Source of the DNA: Mustelus asterias
Lineage: Eukaryota
Direction: 5' to 3'
NCBI RefSeq assembly: GCF_964213995.1
Contig: NC_135807.1
Span: 87,730,001 to 87,794,000, forward strand
Length of the DNA: 64,000 nt
The translations under genes were made by a program, and so were the position numbers. A model generated the notes under the pieces. That model was not told the origin of the DNA and did no database searches. It was given only the letters and a program-made list of their open reading frames with translations. This document shows positions 51,197 to 62,514 of the stretch, piece by piece. How positions within the stretch are numbered: position 1 is the stretch's first letter; each line of letters starts with the position of its first letter.

Positions 51197-51297
51197 ACCT
51201 TTAAGACTTGATTAGCTGTAAAGACTCACATTCCAATCATTATTCATGTAAATTGAGTTTGTGTCTTTGTGCCCTGCTTGTAATCAGAACTCCCAGT

Positions 51298-51334
51298 CAC
51301 CTGACGAAGGGACAGCCTGTTCCGAAAGCTTGTG
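51298..51334 (+). ncRNA. Minimal hammerhead ribozyme motif in the split PLE terminal repeat
   Basis: CAC-CTGACGA-AGGGACAGCCTGTTCC-GAAA-GC-TT-GTG. Confidence 0.7.
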
Positions 51335-51762
51335 GCTTTTGCTGCCAAATAAACCTGTTGGACTTTATAACCTGGTGTTGTGAGACTTCTTGCTGTGAGG
51401 CAACAGTGCTAACCACTGTGCCACCGTGCTATAACAATAACCAATCTGACACCACCTGATGATGCGCCTGTGAAACACCTTGTGATGTTTTACTATATTA
51501 AAGGCACTGTATAACTGAAAGATGCTGTTGTTTTCATTGCCTGGTTTGCATTTCTGCATTTCTACTGAAGCTGAATTTTTATCCCCAATAAATCTTAGCC
51601 AGCAGCCCAGCAAAATTAAAAGTTCAAGTCAAAATTCCACTCGTGCTCTTCATCTGCCCTGCCAGTCCCACTTCGTACTTGATTTTAAAAAGTAGCGATC
51701 CAACACTTTTCCTCCCCTGATTCCTTGTTAGGGTACACAGCACAGTCATCAGTTGCCATCCA

Positions 51763-52264
51763 CAGTGGTGGATTAACTACCTCCCGGACCCCTAGACTGA
51801 GCTTTAGTAAGGCCCCCTGACCTTGCCCCCTGCCCCACCCTTCGTTGAATAGAATAAAGTGACGTTAAGTGATGTTAGATAACTTATATCGTTGTACTAT
51901 GTATAATGTACTACATGTATACGATCATAAAGTTATATGAATCAAATACAGCCCTTTTATTCATTTATTTTTCATTTTCTTTACATTTGTACTTTAAAAA
52001 GCTTCCGTGTTTTTTGGTTTACAAAAGTGTCGATAACAGTATGTAAATCAACAGATCGAAGCATGTCTGATTCAATGTGCATGAACGCCAGATGACTAAG
52101 TTTCTCATCGCTCATTGTTGAGCGCAAATAGATTTTGATCCTCTTCAGTGCTGAAAATGAACGCTCACCTGAACAGTTAGTGATTTTTTTTTGCTCTCGG
52201 GGCCCCCCTCCCTTCCGGGCCCCTAGGCTTAAGCCTACCCAGCCTAATGGTTAATCCGCCACTG
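51763..52264 (-). mobile_element. Internally deleted hAT (Tip100-like) DNA transposon
   Basis: TIRs cagtggtggattaac / gttaatccgccactg; 8-bp TSD gccatcca (51755-51762, 52265-52272); minus strand 51981-52183 reads TNCSGERSFSALKRIKIYLRSTMSDEKL..., the hAT dimerisation domain. Confidence 0.9.
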
Positions 52265-52671
52265 GCCATCCAGTATCTCACTCAAAATGCCCGCTGCCTA
52301 TGAACCTTGATGTGGCATGAATTATCAGCAGACTATTTAACCAAAAGAGTTTGAAGTCACAAGTACATCTGAATCCGGACTTTCCTGATGTCACTAGGTC
52401 ATATCCAGGGTGAGAACACCGACTGATTATTCCTTCTCTAAGATAGGACTCATGATTCAATTGTAGTGATCTCATTGTTGCTGAGCTGAGATTTTCCAGG
52501 TAAATCCCTTTCTGGAAAATCCAATTCTAACAATTGAATAAGAAACTGAGATGAGTTGTTAAGCACCACTGGCATTGATGTTCAGAATAATCTTAGCATT
52601 CACGGGTTATCTTTCATATAAAAATGCCATGATTTTTATTATGTTCAAACTGAAGCTGTTTCTGTTTTTAG

Positions 52672-52789
52672 GGTTACAGTAGCAGGTGGACAAAAATGTC
52701 TGATTCACAAGGGAGTGGAAATACTTGCGAGGATTGGGAAATCTAAGACAGTGGTTGAGGACGCCAAGCACTTGGCACATACCTGGAAG
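52672..52789 (+). CDS. Coding exon 4 (VTVAGGQKCLIHKGVEILARIGKSKTVVEDAKHLAHTWK), carries the second His (LIHKG)
   Basis: Acceptor tttctgtttttag|G and donor TGG AAG|gtagag; 118 nt, phase 2/0; AG+G makes Arg across the exon 3/4 junction. Confidence 0.85.
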
Positions 52790-53116
52790 GTAGAGTTGAA
52801 CCCCTTTCTTGATCTCTCGTAAACCTAAAAACCATGGCCTCAGAATTGATTCACACAGCTCTTGTTGTTTTGGGCACTGACTGGTTGCTTAACTCCGAAT
52901 AGAGCATTCAAAAAGTGCAAGCCATTGACTTCTAGCCAGAAGAGCACTTCCAGCCATTTTGGGTAACGTAGATGTACCAATAGCAGAACTGCATTGAAAT
53001 AACTTAGTCAAATGGAATCTTATGGAACTCATTTTCAATTTTCCAGGGATTCTCTTGTTTAACTCGCAATGTTGCTCTAACTGACAGAAAGGCCCTTGTA
53101 TCGATGGGAAGCTGGG

Positions 53117-53421
53117 TGGCGCAGTGGCATGGTGGTTAGCACTGTTGCCTCACAGTGCCAGGGACCCGGGTTCGATTCCCGGCTTGGGTCACTGTCTGTG
53201 CGAATTTTGCACATTCTCCTCCGGGTGCTCCGGTTTCTTCCCACAGTCCAAAGATGTACGGGTTAGGTGCGTTGGCTATGCTAAAATTGCCCCTTAGTGT
53301 CAGAGGGACTAACTAGGGTAAATGCATGGGGTTATGGGGATAGGTCTCTGGTGGGATTGTGGGCAGTGTAGACTCGATGGGCCAAATGGCCTCCTTCTGC
53401 ACTGTAGGATTCTATGATTCT
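53117..53421 (+). mobile_element. HE1-type SINE
   Basis: Forward copy in intron 4. Confidence 0.85.
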
Positions 53422-53803
53422 AGGAGCAGTTGCTGCTGACCCTACACCATGCAAACATGGGTCAGCCTGTTATTGCAACATTCTGCATTCACTCACCTCC
53501 TCAGCCAACATCTCCTCCTGTCCCAGTGACAAACCCTTCCTTGCTTACATGAAGGCTGCTACAATACCAGCAGTGGACCGGTCTTCAGTTCTGCTTTGCT
53601 GGAAACTCTGCCAGCTCCATGGGAATGAGGAATGAGGCCCTAAAGGCAGCGATACCTCATGCCTCACCATTCAGACGTAGGGATTGTATGCTGCACCTCC
53701 CTCACTGTGCAAGCCTGAAACTCTAGGCCCACAAACTCAAGCATCATGAAAACTTTGATTGCATATTCTTTTGTTAACTTTTTATTTTAATTGTCTGTTG
53801 CAG

Positions 53804-53944
53804 GTGGAGGAAGAAAGACCAACATATAGAAGAAAAATGCTTGAATTTATTTATGCCTGTGGTGAAGATTACGATGTTTTAACAGACAACTGTCATGACT
53901 GCACAGAGAGAATGATGGAACTGACTGGCATTTCTTATTTTTAA
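53804..53944 (+). CDS. Terminal coding exon 5 (VEEERPTYRRKMLEFIYACGEDYDVLTDNCHDCTERMMELTGISYF*), carries the Y-x5-NC motif
   Basis: Long polypyrimidine tract then ttgcag|GTG; phase 0; ends at TAA. YDVLTDNCH matches the Y...NC nucleophile motif of LRAT/PLAAT/PPPDE enzymes. Confidence 0.85.
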   Translation: MEEERPTYRRKMLEFIYACGEDYDVLTDNCHDCTERMMELTGISYF

Positions 53945-54285
53945 ACTGTGATTATTTAAAATCTAATTTTGGAATTGCTTGGTGGTCAGGTCCGGATTGT
54001 GTAGATTGTTGGTCAAATTTTTAAAAAACTATATATTTTTTCATAAATATTATACTTTACAGATCTAATTTTCTTGTCCTACCTATTTCTTGATTACCGT
54101 GATAGACACGTTTAAATATAAAGTTTATGTGAGATGTTATACACCAATAATATTTCAAATTCTAGCAGCGACAGAATGAATATTTATGACAATGTGACTT
54201 ATTGATGTGTCAAAATTCAGTATTTTTGCAAAATCAGTTTGTTCTGTGATGTAGAATATGCAAAGCAAGATTCTATTAATTCTGC

Positions 54286-54291
54286 AATAAA
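54286..54291 (+). terminator. Candidate polyadenylation signal of the host gene
   Basis: AATAAA about 340 nt after the stop codon, at the end of AT-rich unique sequence and just before repeats resume. Confidence 0.55.
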
Positions 54292-57200
54292 GAACTAATA
54301 ACTCCCTGGATCAAATAACAAACCTCCTCGAGTATTGAAGGAGACTATGGAGGGACATTTTCACACACTTCAAAAACCATGGAAGAATCATTTGGTACTG
54401 GTAGAGTTCCACTGGACTGGATGCAGGCAGATACGGAACTTGCATTTGAAAAGTGGGGAACTAATCTAATCCAGGCAATTAGTCCAACATCAATAATGGA
54501 TACATCAATAGTAACCATTTTAAGGATTAAGTTGGAGACATAAATCAGTAGTTTTTTTAAAAAGCCAGCACGGATTTACAATCTTGACTTTGAATATATC
54601 ACAAATAAAGGAATTAAAATTCCTGATGGTATATTTATTTGGATTTTTAAAGCTTTTGGCAAGGTTCCACATGAAAGATTTTCAATAAACCTAAAATCTA
54701 ACATAGAATATAAATAGTTGGACAAAAAGGAGGGAACAGAGGTTAGACAAGGGGCAGAATTCTACTGTCCCGCCCACCATGGGAATCGGAGCGGGCGGGA
54801 CACGGACTATGAAAAGGTTCATGGACCTCGGGCGGGAGTTTCCGACCTTGGAGCAAACGCAGCCGGAAAAACCCGCCCTAGGTGTCTTGTCAGACTTGTG
54901 GGATGGAAGTGGTGGGAGTTTGTTACCCTGTGCAACTCTTGTCAGCATTGCTAGCAAGGCCAGCATTTATTGCACATCCATAATTGCCTTTGAGAGGGTG
55001 ATGGTGAGCTGCCTTTTGGAAACCGTTGCAGTCCATGTGGTATAGGTATATCTGCAATGCTGTTAGGGAGTGAGTTTTAGGAATTTGACACAGTAATCTG
55101 AAAGGTCAGTTCTTGGATGTTTACTATAGAATTGGCACAGAACATCCAAAAAGGAACAGAAAAGTACCATGATGCTACTCACATGCAGTGCCAAGGTGGA
55201 GAGACAATAAAAACAAATAGAATTCTGGGATACATTAGGCTCAGATCTTCCAGCCTGCGGATCATCGGAAATTGAATGTATGATCCAAGATGGGTGTCGG
55301 GATCACGCAGAGCTGCTGACCTTTGTGGGAATTGTCTGGGAAATGTTAACTTTCATTGGGCAATTCCTCTTCTTCTGGTGAGAATGGAGAACTTGGCGCT
55401 GAGCCAAATCCCCATTCATTGCTGCAGGACAGGAGAATCTGGGCTGCGGGCGAGCTTGGAGAATCCGTCCCGTTATCTCCTCTGAGAATTCTCTCTGTTG
55501 ACGATCGTGAACTTGCAGAAGTAAAACAGAAACAGAAAATGCTTGAAACGGATTTCCAGCTTCAGCAGTTTTTCTTTGATTTATGTCAATAATATGTTTG
55601 CTTGTCTTTGCAATAAAGTATTTTAATAGGCTTATTAAATAGTAATAACTGTAGTAACTGTAACAATAACAATAGCTTTCATTTATATAGCATCACTAAC
55701 GTAGTAAAATATCCCAATGCATTACACAGAAACTTTATCAAACATAACCAGTAACTTTCTGGCTGCCAAGTGTTGATTTTGGGTTGTACCCCAAAGATGC
55801 ACTGGGGAATCCATCCTGGAAGTTCCCAAAGTTCCCAGGTAGGCATTTCCATGGCACTAACAGTCTCCTCCACCACCCTCACTCCCCCTCCTCACCCCCC
55901 GGGGCAATTGCACTGCGTTTGGAACCATCTGACAAAGCAAGTCAATTTTTTGCATTCAGATAGTTCTGCCAGGGTTGCGCTAATAGTTACTCAGAGAGCG
56001 TTACAGAAATAAAACCATTTTCAACTTCTACGTAACTATTTTAAATACTCAGACTGATCACTGCATGGGACTTCGCCCCACACCCCCAACCCCCCGCCGC
56101 CCACAGGGAGTCCTCGCACCCTGACTAATCATCCCCCATTGTATTCCCCAACACCTAATTTCCCATGGGATTCTCCGCACCCCTGACTCCCTCCCCACCT
56201 GCATGCGACGCCACCCTCTCAACCATGAGCCCAACTCTCATCCCCAACCTGATCTGACCCGACCCCCTGACCTGGTGGACCCCCCACCCCCTCCCCTTGG
56301 CTCACACTTGCTGGCTGCCACCCCCTGACTGAACCTCTGACCCGACTGGAAAACCTTTCTCCACCACCCCCCCCCCCCCCCCACCTTTCCTGATCCTGCT
56401 AGAACCTCACACCCAGCCCGATGCTCTGACCTGGCTGGAACCCCCACTCCCTTGACCTCTGAGCCCCCACCCCTGACCTCCAACCTCTCCAAGACCACTC
56501 CACACCCCAATGCCCAACCTCCCTTGATGTTTGACACCCTCACAGCTGACTTCTCGCCCCCAAAACCCCAACTTCTGATCCCCCATCCATGATCTCTGAC
56601 CCCTCACGCCTCCCCCAGTATCCCAACCCCTCGATTTCGGACCCTTCCGATCACCCAAATCCCATCCACTTACCTTCTTCCTGGCTTGTCTTTTAAACTT
56701 AGCTGCTTTATAGCAGCTAGTGCAGTAAGGAAAAGGAGGCATGGCCTCCTTGAATCCGTTGCAGCTGGATTACAGCAGTGCCAACAGGAACTCTTTCAAT
56801 GCAGACCCCAAGCTGTTCCAGCCTTCAGAGGTTTCAGCACAGTTGTTGAGGGCAAATAAGTGCGCTATAAAATCCTATAATTCCCTCAGGCCTTTGTTTT
56901 CCAATTATAGTCAGAGGTTCTGGCCCAATATAATCCTAAACCATTTAAGAAGATCACGGAACACATAATCAAAAACTTGGTCAAAAAGCTAGGTTCTGAG
57001 TTGCATCATTAGGGAGGAGAAGGGGATAGAGTGGCTGTGATGTTCATGGAGGGAATTCCAGATAATTGAGAAGACAGCCACCAATGGAGGGGCAAAGGAA
57101 ATGGGTGATTTTTTATTGATGTGTGCATGGGATGTGGGTGTCGCTGGCTAGGCCTGCATTTATTGCCCATCCCTAATTGTCCATAAGAGACAGAATTGGA

Positions 57201-57519
57201 GGAATGCAGAATTCCTGGAGGGTTGTAGTGCTGAAAGTTACAAGATGAGGATAGGCAATGGAGGGATTTGAACACAAAGATGGAAGTTTTAAAATTGAGA
57301 CATTGCTGGACCTGGAGTATATGTAAGGTCAGCCAGCACCGGGATTTCACATGGACAGGACAAGCAGACTATGAGCAACAGAGGATGTGCTCAGGTTCAC
57401 AGAAGGCAGAGAGTGGGAGGCTGGTCAGGTGAGCATGGAACAGTCACGTCTGGAGCTTAGCAAACCATTGATAAGGGTTCAACTGCACCTGGGCTGATAC
57501 AAGAATGGAGACGTGCGAT

Positions 57520-58493
57520 CTATCCTCAACATTGGTGCCCCGCAAGGATGTGTCCTCAGCCCCTTACTATACTCCTTATACACTTATGACTTTGTGGCCA
57601 AATTCTGCTCCAATTCGATTCTCAAGTTTGCTGATGACACCACCGTAATAGATCGGATCTCAAAGAATAATGAGACAGAGTACAAGAAAGAGATAGAGAA
57701 TTTGGTGAACTGGTGCAATGACAATAATCCCTCCCTCAATGTCAGTAAAACGAAAGAGATAGTCATCCACTTCAGGAAGCATCGTGGAGGACAGGCCCCT
57801 GTCTACATCAATGGGGATGAAGTGGAAGTGGTTGAGAGCTTCAAGTTTCTAGGTGTCCAGATCACCAACAATCTGTCTTGGTCCGTCCATGCTGACGCTA
57901 TAGTTAAGAATGTCCAGCAATGCCTCTACTTTCTCAGGAGGCTAAGGAAATTTGGCATGTCCTCTACGACTCTCACCAACCTTTACAGATACACCATGGA
58001 AAGCATTATTTCTGGATGTATCACAGCTTGGTATGGCTCCTGCTTTGACCAAGATTGAAAGAAACTACAAAGTGTTGTGAACATAGCCCAGTCCATCATG
58101 CAAACCAGCCTCCCATCCATTGACTCTGTCTACACTTCCGCGACCTCAGAAAAGCAACCATTATAATCAAAGACCGCACGCACCCTGGACATACCCTCTT
58201 CCACCTTCTTCCATCGAGGAAATGATACAAAAGTCTGAGGTCACGTACCAACCGACTCAAGAACAGCTTGTTCCCTGCTGCCATCAGACTTTTGAATGGA
58301 CCTACCACTCATTAAGTTGATCTTTCTCTACACCCTAGCTATGACTGTAACATTATATTCTGTACCCTCTCCTTTCTTTCTCCCCTATATACTCTATGAA
58401 TGGTATGCTTTGTCCTCATAGCATGCAAGAAACAATACTTTTGACTGGATCCCAATACATGTAGATACAATAATAGATCAAATCAGATCAAAT
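57520..58493 (+). mobile_element. Rex1/Babar-type LINE, 5'-truncated
   Basis: GAPQGCVLSPLLYSLYT...KFADDTTV...LNVSKTKEIVIHFRK; (tcaaa)n-like tail. Confidence 0.88.
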
Positions 58494-60244
58494 TACAGAT
58501 GTGTTAGTCGGTGATGGATGAATTCAGGATCAAATAAGATACTACGGTTACAAACAGATTAGTGAAGACTCAGAATGTAGACGGAGAGAGATGGAATGGT
58601 AGGAAGGGGGTAAAATTGGTGGCTAGAGAACACAGTTTTCTGAGGGAGGAGAGTGGGGTCTAATGACAATGGGCATGATTCTCCAATCTTGTTTGTTCCT
58701 GCCTTGCTGCAGAGAATCCCAGCCACGGACGAGGTCGGAGATTTCGGCGAACGGGAAGGTGCTGGTAAACCTATTAGGATTTGCTGGGCAGCCTTGTGAG
58801 AGTGTGGGGAAAGCAGTGTGGCTCACATTTAATTCTGGAACCACCACTAAATTGTGTTGAGTTTTGGGATAATGGGTGTCAACTGGCTCAATAGTAAGTC
58901 TAATTAATATCTTAAATCCCATGTCAACCCCTTACGCTGCCCACTGCCTTAATCAGGGGAGGTTTGGTTGCCACTGCAGGACTGATGTGAGCTCTCTCCT
59001 ACAATTAGGTGGGCCCGGCTGCCATGTTTCCTACCATAACATGCTGCATTAAACCCAGCCCTGTGTCCAGATTAGAACAAACTGGGATTTTGTTTTCATT
59101 TACAGAAAAGGTGCATTTTATCTGGTTTCATTCAAAGACAAATTGGTAATTATAAAGCCAAAGGTGCATTTTTACATTTGTCGAAGGCTCAGATGGATCT
59201 TACTTGTACTTCCTAAATTGCCACTTCACTTTCACTGCTAATTTGTACTTTATTGTTTTTAGGGTTGAAATGAATTGTGCTGTTGTGTAATTTTTACTGC
59301 TGCTGCGTTAGCCTCTTGGTCAGGTCATTATTGTAAATGAGACTTGGTTCTCAATTGACTTACCTGGCTAAATAAAGGTTAAATAAAATAAAATGACCAT
59401 CAGGCGACCAATTGTGACAATTAAGTACCAATTAAGAGTTACCTCTTGTGCCTGCCAGCATTCTAACCTGCTACTGATCCTAGTCAAATGAGCTATAAAC
59501 AGGTCTTGGCGGTGGGCGACCAAGTGAGGGGGTCATCCGGCTCAACTATCTGCCCCTCTACCACGGCTATATTCACGGCCGGAGAGGGAGTATGCAGTGT
59601 CCAAAGGTACCGTTGAGGACTTCCGTGCCCGTTGGTCACCGCAGGGACTGGGGTGTATTATTGAGCCCTTCATCACATTTTGATTGAACGTTTTGAAGTT
59701 TCCTTTCTGCTTTGTCTTTTGTTTCGGGTGGTTCTCTTCTTTTTGGGGCTCCCCTTCTTGCTTAGTTCCTGAGTTTGTTTAATTTAGTTTATTAGATTGG
59801 CCAAAAAGAAATGCCTTCCAACATTCTACCTGTGTTGGCTACGATCAAGCTTCCAGTCAAGCTCAAGATCACATGCATTGCTTTTCCTTGTTAGCTTGGA
59901 ATTTGCATGTCTTGCTTGTGGGGACCAAGGATTGGATTCAATTTGAAATAGTTTTTTGAGCAAGCAAGGAGATGGATTAAGTGTTTGCCTGGTCCACTCT
60001 GCACATTGGCTTTGTAACTTTAAGAAAGGAATAAAAGAGGAACCACTGCGGTGATGGGAGACTGTCAGGTAAACCTTGGCAGCCTTCCAGTGGCTTCCTA
60101 GGGTACCCTCCATTATGGTTGGTCTTTGACCCATGGAGCCCTCCCCCACCCCTGTGACAATCGCTATGGTGTAATGTGGACCCTTCCCAACCCATAATCA
60201 ACTCGGCTTTCTTTCTTGGACCTGTCAAGGTCAGAAAACAAACT

Positions 60245-60568
60245 TAGAATCATAGAGCTCTACAGTGTAGAAGGAGGCCATTCAGCCCATCAAGCTTGCA
60301 ACAACAACAACCCCACCCAGGCCCTACCCCTGTAACCTCACGTATTTACCCTGCTAATCCCCCTGACACTAAGGGGAAATTTAGCATAGCCAATCAACCT
60401 AACCTGCACATCTTTGGACTGTGGGAGGAAACCGGAGCACCCGGAGGAAACCCACGCAGACACAGGGAGAGTGTGCAAACTCCACAGACAGTGACCGAAG
60501 GTCGGAATTGAACCCGGATCCCTGGCGCTGTGAGGCAGCAGTGCTAACCACTGTGCCACCGTGCCGCG
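60245..60568 (-). mobile_element. HE1-type SINE
   Basis: Full-length reverse copy. Confidence 0.88.
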
Positions 60569-61109
60569 CCAACTACTGTGCCACCATGCCACTGTGTCCC
60601 TGTGGACAACTGATGGCAGTCGGAATATAACGAAAGGACTGCACACCACCACAACCCCCCTGAGTCCCGACAAAGCAAAAAAAAGTACACCAAAAATTGT
60701 CATGAAAATTTAGTGACGACATTACTATTATAGACTCTTTCCTCACAGAATCTTCTGAACATAAGATCATTTCTAATGCTAACGATGCATTTGAAAGAGC
60801 TGCTCTAATTTCATAAGGAAAAAGCGTGGCTATTTTAGTAAAGGAAATCTTTCTTTTCAGTTTAGCCTTAAAGCGATCAATGGCAAGAAACAATTGCTCA
60901 CTCGGTTGAAGCCCATACTTCTGGTGCTCAAACTCATCCAGCCAAGTATCCAGCTGAATTTTGGGCATCATTCATAGGGATACTTTAAAACACAGCCGCC
61001 TTTTTAAAATTTCATTACGTTCTTCATGGATTTTCAAGATCAAACCTGAATTGCTTTTATTCATTCACAGAATATGGATTCCAGCATTTATTGTTCACCC
61101 GATAATTGC

Positions 61110-61345
61110 TGTAATGATTTCAATCAGGCCATTGAGGTTGGCCTATTGGAGTATGAACTCCCTGATTAAGGATCCAATTGATGGGCCAATCAGGGAGTCT
61201 TTGCCTTGGACTTAACCTGGAGTGTCAGTTCCTCTGGCACTCCCGGAGGTCGCCTGCTACCTGAAAGCACTCTGTGTGCTACTGTCAGAGTTTGTAAATA
61301 AAGGGATTTTGGTGAAGGGACTTTTGCCTCTGAAGATTTATTACA
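61110..61345 (+). mobile_element. Solo LTR (236 bp) inserted in a SINE
   Basis: TGTAAT...ATTACA termini, 5-bp TSD attgc (61105-61109, 61346-61350), internal CCAAT and AATAAA. Confidence 0.75.
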
Positions 61346-62514
61346 ATTGCCCTGGTGAATGTGGTGGTGAGCCCTCTTTCTTGACAACTGGATGGCTTGC
61401 TAGGCCTCTTCACTGAGTCAACCGCATTGCTATGGGTCTGGAGTCACACATGGGCTAGGCTGGGTAAGAAAGTAGTGAACAAGATGGGTTTTTCATGATA
61501 ATCTGGTAGTTTTATGGTCATCCCTTGCTGATAGTAGATTTTTAAAAACAGTTATTCAGATGTATTTAGTTAACTGAGTTTGATGGGACTTGAACACATA
61601 TCTCTGCAGCTGTCTAGTCCAGTAACACAAAACAATATCATTCCCTGTCAGTTTTTGGAATGTATGTGGTCAGTCTTTATTTTAGTTGCTGCCTTGACAT
61701 AAATTTCTGTCTGGAAGAAAAAGCACTGATGCATGGTATTCTGAATAAGTAAAGATTGCTTAAGCTAGCATACATTCCTTTTGCTGATGATATTCATCAT
61801 CTATCATTTGTAGCAATGTGACCCCCTGATTAAATTACTATTGCATCAACATTGAGTACAACAGACAATTCGCCACGCTGACCCTTGGATATCTTCTTGC
61901 TTATTACTTTCCATAAGAGAGTTATCAATCCTCGATAACAACACCACAAAAACTTGCATTCATGTCACATCTTTCACACTGTAAAATATCCCAAGGCATG
62001 TTGACAAACAAATCTGACACCGAGCCACTAAAGGGTCAGTTTAAAAGTAGGTTTTAAGAAGCATCTGAAGAGAGGAAGGAGTGATAAATTGTGGAAAGGT
62101 TTAGGTAGGGAATTCCAGGATCCAGGCACCTAGAGGTACAATGCCAATGGAGTGATTCAAACCAAGGATACAGAATTGCAGGAGCACAGCTGTCTCCGAA
62201 GAGTGTATAGCTGGAGGAGATTTACAGAAACAGAGAAGGGTGAGGCCATTGCCAATAAACTGAATCAGACTGGGCTGAATTTTAATATCAGGTTCAATCA
62301 ATCGTTCTGCTGCCCTGACCGGAAGCAGGATCCAATCCAATGCCAGGCATCTGCAAGACTACAGGGTGACATTTTACTAGCGGCGGCCAATTAACAGGCT
62401 GCCATTTTATTTTAATCTTGCATGGGATGTGGGTACTGCTGGCAAGACCAGCATTTGTTGCCCATCTGAGTCAACCACATTGCTGGAGTCACATGAGGCT
62501 AGACCAGGTAACGA

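Larger units (their letters stand above)
46389..51391 (+). mobile_element. PLE terminal-repeat fragment split by the Gypsy insertion (pieces 46389-46476 and 51202-51391)
   Basis: The two pieces rejoin to match 41663-41939 (aaatctcactagctgtcc...tgtacctttaagacttg...gagacttctt). Confidence 0.88.

Noticed and set aside
53759-53803. N-terminal part of ORF 53759-53944 (MHILLLTFYFNCLLQ) as a signal peptide of a stand-alone small protein
   Set aside because: It starts at TTG and is the intron polypyrimidine tract ending in the cag acceptor at 53803.
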